DNA from: Yuukianura sp. NJ FZ-2021
Taxonomy: Eukaryota
NCBI GenBank assembly: GCA_046563655.1
Contig: CM102290.1
Coordinates: forward strand, 15,066,001 to 15,130,000
Reading direction: 5' to 3'
DNA: 64,000 nt
Shown: positions 53,018-64,000 of the stretch, piece after piece
Numbering within the stretch: the stretch's first letter is position 1
How the letters are laid out: each line of letters begins with the position of its first letter
The notes under the pieces: model-generated
The model's database searches: none
Seen by the model: the letters and a program-made list of their open reading frames with translations, nothing else
Told to the model about the DNA's origin: nothing
Translations under genes and position numbers: made by a program

Positions 53018-53697
53018 CCTTACTTAACTTCTGTTTCTTCAAAGTAACTGCTTAATCGATTAATCAACAACTTTCATTCTGTCTAAAACAAGCAAATTTT
53101 ATGAAAACACTCAACACGAGGACTGAGGACACACAAAAATAACAAGCGGAGAACACACGCCGCTTTTTTTGTTTTTGAATTTGGATTTTTCTTTTGAGTT
53201 GGCGCCACTCAAATTTTAAGGGCAAGATGAGACAGGGTCTCACTTTTCGTCTGAATTTCTGACAATTCTGCCGAATTCCTCCGCAATCCGAAATTCCAAT
53301 GGTTGGTAATGGTAACTATTTAGACTCTAAATAGTTAAATAACGCCAGTACTCCAAATTTTACTACATTGGATAGATGATTGGATAGAAGTACTGGCAGT
53401 ATTTTATTTCAGGAATAACTATTATTTACGGATTTCCTAAATAATTTGCTACAAGTTGTAAATTGGTTCTGGAAAATTGGCACAGAGTGCGGATTCGCAG
53501 TTTATTAGAGTTTGATAATATTGACATAATGAATAGCAGCAAAGAATTAAGTTACTTGGATAAATAGTCCCTGACGACGGGATGCTGGAGAGGGAGGGAT
53601 GTTTCCAATGTACATTTCCGTAAAGTATGAACTTATTGAGATTGAGATGAGGTGAGATGAATCCTTGGCTTCTATTCTGCAAAGGGGACTCCTGGCT

Positions 53698-54335
53698 TTA
53701 GGACGAAGTGGGCTTGTCCTGGTGACCATTGCTCAAGTGACGTGGAATGAACTCTGGAGCGTTGGGGTTCAAAGTACTCTGGAAGGTGAGGATGCGACCC
53801 AAGGATGAGCTCAAGTCTTCTCCGCCGTTACCATGGTTCCCTTCCCCTGCCCCTGGCTCAGCAGCATCAGTTCCGTTCCCAGTGGACGGTGCGTTGTAGC
53901 CGTTGCTGAGCAGACGCAGGAGATCTCCTAGGATGTGGGCATCAGTGAACTCTTGTTCTTCGGGATTGGGCTGGAGAGAGTCTTGGTAGAGATCAAAGTA
54001 GTAGTTGATCATGTCCTCCTCCTCCAGCTCACGAATCACCTGAATCAAACACACTTATATTTCCACAACGCTATGTCGGAATGAGTTGACTTTTGACCTA
54101 CCTCTCGATCGTACTCGTCTTCATGCTCCATCCAAAGGTACTCTGAGAATTCTTGTCCAGGGCCAGATCCGTTGGATGCTCTGCCGTTCGTCTGACTGTC
54201 ACCATTGTGGTGGTACACGATTTCTTGGACAGTGGATTCCTGGGAATCTACTTCACCTCCAGTGATATCTCGGTAGATACTCCCAAAGTACGAGGTCAAC
54301 TCTGGGTCAGGCACAGGCGCAGTGGGCAGCCTCAT
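53698..54335 (-). CDS. PAIP2: Poly(A)-binding protein-interacting protein 2
   Basis: EFSEYLWMEHEDEYDREV...ELEEED acidic PAM1 region and C-terminal PAM2 motif STLNPNAPEFIP. Two coding exons. Confidence 0.93.
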
Positions 54336-54941
54336 CTGGAAGAAGAAACTGATCAGTACTTTTTCAACTACAAACTCACCATCTGATCTCTGTCCACTGC
54401 AGAGTGCTTACTTCCATAACTTTGCTTTGTTCTTTTGACTCGAATGATAGAAATGTAGGCTTACCTCAGTTGCTACGCAGTAGACCTTGTGTATCGTTAA
54501 AAAGTGAAGGACGTGCGATGACCTCTAGTTAGAGACGGAAGTGTAAGTTTTTCAAAGGTCACGGCCAACCTGTTCGACGTGAGAAGTGGAAATGGTAAAT
54601 GCGTAGATTGACTCCTTTTGAACATTTGTTTTCTTTTGCGTCTTTGGGTTTGTGCTAAGATGGTTGACATTGCCTCCTCTCCTCCCCCTCTCCTTCAGGG
54701 GTTTCATCAAACGTCACCCCCGCTTTCAATCAACCTAATCACATCACTACACCCACAAGAGCTGACAAATCCCAAACACCACAAAATCATTATCCAAAAT
54801 TAGTAGTCACAGACGATTAACGAGAGTCATCATCAGATCAGCTTTATTTCTATTTAAATTTGATGTGTACAAAATCGAGGACATATGGCTGCAACGTTTA
54901 CAAGTCTTCCCAAAATTACAGTCTGCGCCATGCATCTTTAC

Positions 54942-55179
54942 CAGTGTTTCGTAAAAAACGCTTTTTAATTAAGATAATTATTCAATAACTTAATTATACT
55001 GATTTTAAACTCAATTTTACTTAAAAGAAGTTTGTTGTAGTGTTAAATTTATTAAGTATTGTTTTAAAAAGCAAAAAAAATAAAAGCAAAAAAACACGTG
55101 TTTACTATATGTGCTTTAAAAGTACCAAAAAAAGAAGCAGGCAATTAAAGCAACTCCTTCAAAGCACCTCGGAACACTG
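54942..55179. mobile_element. Degenerate CAG-terminated element (family D)
   Basis: CAGTGTTTCGTAAAAAACGCTTTTTAA...CGGAACACTG. Similar starts at 47991 (+, ends 48321) and at ~18155 (-). Confidence 0.55.
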
Positions 55180-56456
55180 ACCCTCACTCAATCCTTTGGA
55201 ACTACATTAGTAAAAACTTCAAAAAAAAAAAAACAGCATACTGTTCTTGAATTTTCGTTAATTATATGAATAGACTGTGAAGTGCAATGCGGGAGTGTCA
55301 CTTTTGGACTAATTATTTGTTCGAATTCATGTTCCCTTATTGAACTTAAATATTTAGGTTTATGTTTGCTGTAATTATATATCATTCAACCTAAATTATA
55401 AAGTTTTAGTACGCCGCTAAATGAAGTTAAAAAAAAACAAGTGAAGTAGTAAAATGAAAAATGAAAATAGGATAAAAAAAAGTTAAAAAAAAGTCCGCCA
55501 AGTGCAAAATAAAAAGAAAGGCGTGGAATTGAAAATAAGAAAACAAAACTAAACTGGAAATATTTTATAAATTTTAAGTTTCTTTGGTGCTGACCTGTGA
55601 TAAAAGGCACAGACTGTCCAATTAAGTCCCTCCTCCCGATCCCCTCACATTCCAATTCCAAACAATAACAATACTGGTTCCCCTTTGACCTAATCCTAAT
55701 CGGTCATCTTGAGAGCAATAATAATTTATTGCGATAACTATAATCCTGGATAATTGGAGATTGATAAGTTACATCCTACTAACTGCGAATAATCGTTCAA
55801 TATCAGCAGTTGTGGAGGAAGTGAATTTTTAGTAAACATTGGATTGAGATGGAGAACGGAAAGTGTTTACAAAGGGTGAGCTGATCATGTAGTTGCTTGT
55901 CTGACGCCGCATATCGTTTGGACTTGGAGGGAGCTTGACAGAGGTGGGTCATCGCTAAGGTCACTGGTGACCTCTGCAACAATGGATGTAATCAGAGTAA
56001 GTACTGAAGTGGGCAGCTGTATTGTATGGATCAGCTGGGAGTGGGGGTCATAGGGGTCGCTTGTTTCTACGGGAGTTTGGCGGGAGTGGGTGGTGGTTGG
56101 GTGGGCGATGCTAAAATGTCCCAACGGACAACACTTTAATATATACAAACCTCCCATCTGAGGCCGGGGCAGAGGGAGAGTGTTGGTTTCTGCTAATTAC
56201 TTTGATTACTCCACACTTTATTCCCTTTCGCAGAAAATTTAATTACTTTTTTAACTTCGGTTGTTTCCAGGTGACTGACTCCATTGTTTACATTACACAA
56301 ACAACTGGCTGACACACTTCTTCCTTCGCATCATCGCAGTCGCTTACACTTCCACCAACTCCTAATCTTACCATGATCAACTAAGTTCCAATCTAAAGTG
56401 AATATCAAGATCAAAACGTCTTCTTCTTCTCACAAATCAAGTGTCTAAGCTTAACA

Positions 56457-59400
56457 ATGACTTCGCAACAACCAGAGGAACTCTGGGCTTCACCCTATCT
56501 CGTTTGTGCCGTCGAAATTATCAAGGGTAAGTTAAGTTGGAACGTTGCTACCAAGTCATCGGTGACTTCCTAACTTTGGATTCTTTTGTTTCCAGATCGT
56601 CTATACTTTGCAACTTTCAAAGGAAACTATGTCGTTCGTTCTACCTTCAACACTCATTTCTTCAGCATTGATCAAGAGCTCGTGTATGAAAACTTCAATT
56701 CTGATTTTGGCCCACTCAATCTGGCCATGCTGTACCGCTACTCTACGAAATTGAATAACAAACTCAAGGTAAACTCGTTTTGTTCATTGAACGATGTGAG
56801 GATAGTCATTTAAGAGTATCATATTAGGATAGGAGTGTAATAACTTTTATTGGTTTTTAGGCTCCTCACTTCCGAAACAAGAGGATAGTTCACTATACGA
56901 GTTCTGATCCACAGAAGAGAGTGAATGCTGCGTTCCTCGTCGGAGCATATTCTGTAAGTTATTACTCAATTAATTATCCTAAATGATTGTGAGGAATAAT
57001 TGAATTATTCTGTGTTTCAGATTATCTACCTGGACAAGTCACCAGATGAAGCTTTTCGAATCATCACCGGAGCTAACGGACCTCCGTTCGTGTCTTTCCG
57101 GTAATGCTCTTACAAAATATGGCAAGTCAAATGAACTTCTCGTTGAAGTGTGACTGGAGAACTTCAAATGAGATGAGTGTATTGTTCAAGTTGTAAAGAA
57201 ATCCGGTTTTGATCGGTCACTGTTTTTTGTTTTCAGGGATGCGTCTTTCGGCACAGCCACTTTCTACATTACTCTGACTGACGTCTTCAACGGAGTGAAG
57301 AAGGCACGGGATTTCAAGTTTTTCGATTTCGAGGACTTTGATGTGGAGGAATACGAGTACTACGAGGTAAAACCTTCCATTTCCGTTTTGTTTTGATTAA
57401 TCAACACTTACTTCTCATTTTAGAAAGTGGAGAATGCAGATCTGAATTGGATATTGCCGGAGAAGTTCATTGCGTTTTGTGGGCCTCATGCCAAGACAAG
57501 GCTGCTCAACGGCTATCCACTCCATGCTCCAGAAGCCTACTTCCCCTACTACCGAGCCAACAATGTCACCACCATCGTTCGGCTCAACCGGAAACTGTAC
57601 GATGCCGCTCGGTTCTCCGTAGCAGGATTCCAGCATCGAGACTTGTTCTTTACTGACGGCAGCACGCCTCCCGAAGACCTTCTCCACTACTTTCTGGAAA
57701 TCTCAGAAGGAACTTCTGGAGCAGTCGCCGTACACTGCAAAGGTCAGTTCACTTTTCTACTTTTACACACCAATTGATGGCTAATTGAATGTTGTTTCAT
57801 GAACAGCTGGACTGGGGCGTACTGGCTCTCTCATTGGTTGCTACATTATGAAGCACTACCGTTTCACGGCCCGAGAGGCGATTGCATGGGTTCGTCTCTG
57901 CCGTCCTGGCTCTGTCATTGGCATGCAGCAAGAGTGGCTCGAAGAGTAAGAAAATTAACAAAACTACTGTTCCTAGCAACCTAACGTGAAAAAAAAACCT
58001 TGGTGTTTTTCTACTGACCTTTCAGCAAAAAAAAACTGAACGTTTTTGCAAAAATCTCACGTCGCCCCAAGTACATTCGAAATTGTTTGAACAATATAAT
58101 GAACAAAGTTTCAAATTAATTTAACAAATGACATTTAAAAAATTGAAAAGCCAATTATGAGTCATCTCTGCCTTTTTAAAATTCATTTTTAACTTCACTT
58201 TAAATATTTTGAACTATTTTTTAGTTAATTACCTTGTTTTATAGTTCAAAAATTTTCGAATGTAGTTTGGGGTGACGTGAGAGTTTTGTAAAAACGTAAG
58301 TTTTTTTTTCGCTGAAAGCTCAGTAGAAAAACACCAAGTTTTTTTTCAGGTTAGGTTGCCAGGGACAGTTAGTACAAAATTTTAGTTGGACTTTGAAGTT
58401 ACAACTTTGTTATTGTTTTTTAGGAAGGAAGAGATGCTGTGGAAACTGGGTGACGAACTGCGCTCCTCCGACCGACTTGGTCGTGAACACAAGTTTGAGT
58501 TTCCAATTTATAGTTGTGAGCGGAAACGGTACCAGGAGATAAGTGGATTGCGTGATGACGTGAACGGGAACGTGAGCGGCTGGAGAGAGGTGGAGACTGG
58601 AGAGAGCGTAGGTTCCATTTTGGCCCAGGTTGACGGCTCTCTGAGCTCAATGAGGTTGCAGGATGAGGAAGAATTTTGGAGTGAGGTAGGAGCAACATTA
58701 CTTGGATCCACGCCATTCACACCAACAAAATAAGCAAAAACATAAGCAACACCGCCAATTGACCAAACTAACTTCGATTTGGTGCTGCTTATGTATTTGT
58801 TGCTGAAGGAATGGCGTGGTTCCATTGAAAGAGGATGAGCGGGGTTGAGAATGGAGCAAAAGTTACTAATTGGATCTTGCCACCCTCCTCCATCTAAAAC
58901 TCTTCCTCACTTTCACTCCTCTGTGGGCTTACTGCTTAAGTTGGAATTTGTGTCCTGCCCACTGACCTATCGCTTCCGAGTCGTGTGGCATGAATGATTC
59001 CTCACTTCAACTAAACACTACTCTTCTAATGTCTAACTTTATTTTTCGTAGGAGTCTGCGTCTACTGACGAGGAGGAAGGAGCAGAGGAGACTGGGGCTG
59101 AAGAAAACAATTTGACTCAGGGCGACATGCTCAACCGCATCAAGGCCCTAAGACAGTCAGTTACAAATATTTTTACATTTATTTGTTGATCTTGTGTTGA
59201 TTGTTTTTGTTGTTATTTAGAAAGCAGCATCCGCTCACTGGAAAGAACGTTAAGAGTGGAGAGAGCAGCAGCAGAAGTGAGAAGGCGAGTCAGTTGCCGC
59301 AACTGAAGCGAGCTGCTGCTGGATGTCACTCCGCACAATCAGCCACCAAGAGGTACGACACTTTTAAAGCTCAGTTGAGTTGCCCCTGACTAGAGCATTT

Positions 59401-60141
59401 GTAGCCTCGCTTTGCTTTCATTTCGTTTTTTTTTCCTTCTCTCTCCTTCAATCCTCACTTCCTCAGCCAACAACCAATGAGTGCCTTCCATTCAGTTGCA
59501 GCCAAGTTACGTTATGCTTAAAGTCGCTTCTGAATGTTGAAGATGCTGAATTGGTGTTGAGTTACTGCCACTCTTTACTCTCACTCATCAACTTCATTTT
59601 CAACAAAACGTGGAAAATTAGAGCATAATTTTGGACTATTTTTCCAAAATTTCAACATTTTTTTTTGAAAATGGAGTTTGAGTGGTAGTAAAGGAGTGGT
59701 GACTAACCTGGGTCTGATCTCGTCTGTCTCTTTTCCTTTTCTGCTCTGTTGCTGCTGGGTGCTTTGGACAATTGGTGGCCTCGTAGACGGTGTCCGAAGG
59801 CGGGTGGTGGTGACACGAATATCTCCGCAGCATCACAGGATAATTGTGTGTCTGGTAGGCAAGACAAGCTGCAGTCCGTCTCCCTCCGACCCGTCACTCG
59901 CTCCGTCACGCGTCTTCTGTCACCAAGTCCACGATACCCCAGTCCACGCATCCTCCTCACCAAGAACAGAGTGACCACAACCTCCACTGCAACGTCCTCA
60001 GTCGCCCCTTCCAACCAAACGAGACACAAAGTCCAGGGCCCCCCGCTTCCAAACACACGCGTCACACGATCAGTCACCAGAAGCTCCACCCTCACTTCCA
60101 CGCAAACCAAAAGTGGAATCAAGAGGAACGGCCTCGAGTAG
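56457..60141 (+). CDS. CDC14: Dual-specificity phosphatase CDC14 (3' end has alternative candidates)
   Basis: [50 protein letters not shown], the catalytic HCKAGLGRTG and [10 protein letters not shown]. Confidence 0.95.
57966..58369. mobile_element. Fold-back/MITE with ~115-bp imperfect TIRs in CDC14 intron
   Basis: ACTGTTCCTAGCAACCTAAC...TTGGTGTTTTTCTACTGA...TCTCACGTCGCCCCAAGTACATTCGAAA mirrored at ~58255-58369. Confidence 0.85.
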
Positions 60142-61289
60142 ACGAAAACAACGGCAGAACACAGCAGTATTACAACCAAAGAGCAAAACTACTCCAGTCA
60201 CTCCACTTTAATCGCAATTCCAATTTACAAGTAGTGACCAACTTAACTGTTAAATTGTTACCTTGGAGACAATCTCTCTGTACCTAGGTTACTCCTCAGT
60301 CGTCTCTTACGTTCCATCTGCCTGTCCCACCTACAGTTGTGCTGGTGGGGCAGTTGAAAGTCCATCGTCCTTCATCCAACGCTCTGCTCTGCTTCTGTCC
60401 ACATCTCTCACTTGAGTCTAACCCCCTTTCTTGTTTTTAGTCATAAAGCCAAGGGAGCCACAGGAGTGAGCAGAGGGAGCAGCAAAAGAATTCCGTTGGG
60501 GTCAAGGGGTCATGCCGCCAGTCGCCGCCCGCACATGACCCCTGCAGTCCTTCCGCTGGCCATCCACTGGAACAATCAGTGCAAAGCTGACCCCGACGCC
60601 AAGTCCCCCTGCTCTTGACGACGGAAGCCACCTTCAGATAGGCCACTCATCCCCACATACTTCCATGTTTTTAATTTTAACATTTTAATGGTTTTAGCCT
60701 TAGTGTAGTTTGTTAGTCCCTTGACCTGTTGACCCATTGGTCAACCCCTGCAAAGGAACGTGGTGCCAAGTGGTAGGGTCGAATTAGACTACATTTTATT
60801 TACAAATTTTAACCTTCGAATCAAGTCTTTGCATAACATTTTAACTTACGGACTAAAAAGTCCCTGGTTGCTAACCACCTCTCAAATTAGCATGTCTGTT
60901 GCATAGGGTAAGTGGTAGGATGACCTAAATACTATGTCACATTTACACAAATGGCAGAATAAACAACTACCTACTCTTCCCTGCATTTTCCGCATTTGAT
61001 CTTATTTACACTGCGTTTGGAAACAGTTTTGTTATTTAGACTACAGTACTTCATCTTTTAAAAAAGTGGAACAATTAGTTGGACTTTTTAAATTACAGTA
61101 ATAACAATGTAATAACAGTAAATGCAGTAATAACAATACGTTACTTCACTTTTGGCTAGTTTGAGCATTTAGGTACGCTACATTTCAGATGTTTCGGAGT
61201 TTTCAGAGGATTAGTTGGACCCAACTCTCTCTCAGCTGATTCCGTCAAAGAACATTTCCGGTAGCGGCTTCCTTTCCGCAGTCCCTCTC

Positions 61290-62864
61290 ATGACTACGAC
61301 AAGTGAACGTAAGGAAGTCGTCATGTCCAGCATTCCGGTCGTCACTAGTCTAAACCTCACGTCCTGTCATGTCATCGGTAAGCCACTTTTCTCTGGATTA
61401 GTTAAGTAAGGTAATGGACAACACAACACCCTTTGATGTTTTTGTGTTTTGCAGAGGAATGGAAGGGGGATTTGTTGTGGTCATGGAACTACCCTTATCT
61501 CACTCCACACAATCGTTCAGCTTATTCCAAGAAATGTCGCCTGCTCCTTGGACAACTGAGAACTACTGGGTTTCAATATTTCCATCATGGGGACCAGTGG
61601 GTCTACATCCAAACAGTCACATTGCCACAAAGACAGGTCACTTGACACTTTCAGTCTCTCCGCCATCTTTTCCTCACTATGGATTCTGTTTTAGTGTGAT
61701 CTAGTAGCAGTTGTCCTGTGTGCAGCGGATTTTAATCCAGAGAGATACTTGGCCTTGTCCAGAATCATGGCCACAAAGTACGAGTCATCAGGAGCCCATC
61801 CGCCATCTATCCTGCAGGCTTTTCTTTGTGTTCAAACTACGGGGAAATGCACTGGAACAACGGATGACATTTTCTACTTCCACGAATATGATAACACCGA
61901 TTTGCTCAAACTGCCCAAACTACGGGGTAAGTCAATCTGTCATTTCATGTCTTCTGTGTTGGTTCATTCCGTTTGAATTGATTGATTTATGATGTGTTAG
62001 AGATGATTGAGACGTTTGGTCTGGATGTGATTCTTATCTACACGTCTCTGCTGCTGAAGCGAAGAATGTTGGTGTACCATCACGACATTTCCAAACTGTA
62101 CGAGGTAAGTCTAACATTCTAGTCTCCTTTCTCTAAACTTTATTTGTATCCCACTGTTCCAGTTTATCCTGAGTCTTCCGGCGTTTGTGGTTCATCGACT
62201 TGATCTCTGGCAACACATCTATCCCATTACTCAAAACTCAGATACTGAATTTGAACCATTCCAGGTGAGGCGTTGGAATAGGGCGTTAAAGTTTATTTTT
62301 TCCCTGTGCAGTTGCTCATTCCACTTTTTACTTTTCAGAATTGTGATTTTTATATTGTGGGTTCGACTGATGAGCATGTTTGGAACCGAAGTGAATTGTA
62401 CGACCTGTATGTGAATATCCCTGCTGCTGAAGTGATGGTGGCTCCCCATGCAAGAGGTAACTGTCATTGACTAATCTCTGGATGAAATGATAAACTAAGT
62501 ACTAAATATATCCACTGTTTCATGTTCAGATGCCCTCACGATGACCAAGACTCACAAGGACATTGCTCTGTTCATGGTTCAGCTCTGTGACAAGAAGGGC
62601 CTCACTCAGCGTGACATCATGCACGAAATTGCGAGGAAAACGAAAGAACTGCTGGACAATTTGAGGTAAAACGTTGAGAATATTTTACAAAAGAGAGTCG
62701 TCCTTAACTGGTCCGATTTTTGTGTTAGACTTTATGTGACGGTGCTGGAGAGCGGTCGTGAAGCTCTTTCTCTGAAGGAGTTGCGCAGTAGAGAGTTTTC
62801 TCCGACACTGGAAACCTTCTTGGTGGGTTTGGCGCAAGGAGAGAAGATGGTCATACAGGAGTGA
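61290..62864 (+). CDS. DENND10: DENN domain protein 10 (FAM45)
   Basis: DLLWSWNYP, FGLDVILIYTSLLLKRRMLVYH, LPAFVVHR, DLYVNIP, ALTMTKTHKDIALFMV and C-terminal LETFLVGLAQGE across about 8 exons. Confidence 0.88.
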
Positions 62865-63031
62865 AGAAATGGACACTATTTATTAGCTCTTTCTGGAATA
62901 AAACTGTCGTCATGACAACGCGTGGAAGGACGGGACATACCCAGTCTTTCGAAATAATTTGTAGAGAAAAGTGTAAGATTAAGTAAGACTACTAGAGATG
63001 GCTTTCCGTAGACGATGTGACCATGTTTCTG

Positions 63032-63967
63032 TTAGACAGCCTGGGCGAATCCGACCCTGTTGTTGCCCAAATCAAACTCCGTGTACCACTTCCCAATGAA
63101 AACGTCGCCCAGAATCCAAATGGGGCCGAGGGGGGCAGGGACGTCGAGCCCAATGAATCCGGAGAGACAGACTGTTTGTCCCATGGCACTCATGCGCAGA
63201 ACGTAGTCTTTCCCCTCCAACTCAAACACTCTCCCTCCAATCGTAAACTTGAGTTTCGGGAGATTCGGAATGGACTGGCAGTCGATCTTGTATTCTCCGC
63301 CCACGAGTGGTGTAGCTCCCAGTTCCGTGTTGAGCTGCTTGATTTCGTCGGTGGGTCCAGCGAGGAGACTCGTCCCAGTGTCAGCGATCACTTGACATCC
63401 ACCTAATAACAAGTCAACATGTCATCACTTCCTGCCTTACCAATGCCTAATCCAAGCTTACCTTTGCAGTAATTTCCTCCATCGCCAATCTGAAGGCTGA
63501 AACACAAGTATGGGTCATTGTTTGTTGTCACTGGAATAGTTGTTTTATACTTACTTGTCCATCGGGAACTGCCAGTATCCTTTCTTGTCCACTGGAACGT
63601 AAGTGAAGTTGCCCGAGTAATGCTTGGGATCAGACCCACCCAGAATGAGCTCCCCACCCTCAGCAGCTCCAGGGTCCCTACAACATCAACATGCATTGAA
63701 AAATACTCTTTGAACAAGTATTCTTTGAAATTTCTTAAGTTAGAACAAGGAAATATTTGTATTTGACCTGTTGAGGTAGAAGGAGAAGATGGGCGTGTCA
63801 ATGACTCCTTGTGCCAGCATAGCGTTGAACACTGGGGGAATTCCGTCGACTGAAATCGTGTCGTAGGCCATTCCCAGAATTCCGTCAAACTTGGCAGCGA
63901 CAAAGGCCATTCCAGGCTCATTCACTGCCTCAGCGAATGCTTGATCCTTGACGGACAGTCCACCGAT
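63032..63967 (-). CDS. CTSD: Lysosomal aspartic protease cathepsin D-like, 3' part (runs off the window end)
   Basis: [34 protein letters not shown], second catalytic [23 protein letters not shown] and WILGDVFIG...[11 protein letters not shown]. Confidence 0.93.
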
Positions 63968-64000
63968 CTGGAACGAAAGCATTGAAGTAAGTCCCTTCCA

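Overview
Eukaryotic genomic DNA from a gene-dense, intron-rich animal genome. An arthropod is the most likely source, inferred from a Drosophila ShB-type Shaker and a CLOCK lacking poly-Q. Eighteen spliced protein-coding genes can be reconstructed by hand: LARP1-like(+), Hand(-), SPT2(+), two tandem clarin-like genes(-), Ret-like RTK(-), TSG101(+), Clock(+), Shaker/Kv1(-), IPMK(+), WDSUB1(+), synaptotagmin-12(-), NOP56(-), PAIP2(-), CDC14(+), DENND10/FAM45(+) and the 3' part of cathepsin D(-) make seventeen loci, and the ShB-type first exon of Shaker is listed as a separate CDS piece. Most introns are about 55-110 nt. Most longer ones are expanded by fold-back MITE-like elements (several families, one nested pair) or tandem repeats. 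No CRISPR array, rRNA or tRNA was recognised. Best observations: a Ret receptor that appears to lack CLD4 and almost all of the cysteine-rich domain; a candidate ADAR editing-complementary sequence in the Shaker intron that would place the I464 adenosine opposite a C; a conserved ShB inactivation-ball exon; a minimal CLOCK ending at the exon-19 helix, tail-to-tail with Shaker; a LARP1 without DM15; a double-propeller WDSUB1; and three GC-AG introns. All gene identities come from recognised motifs, not database searches.
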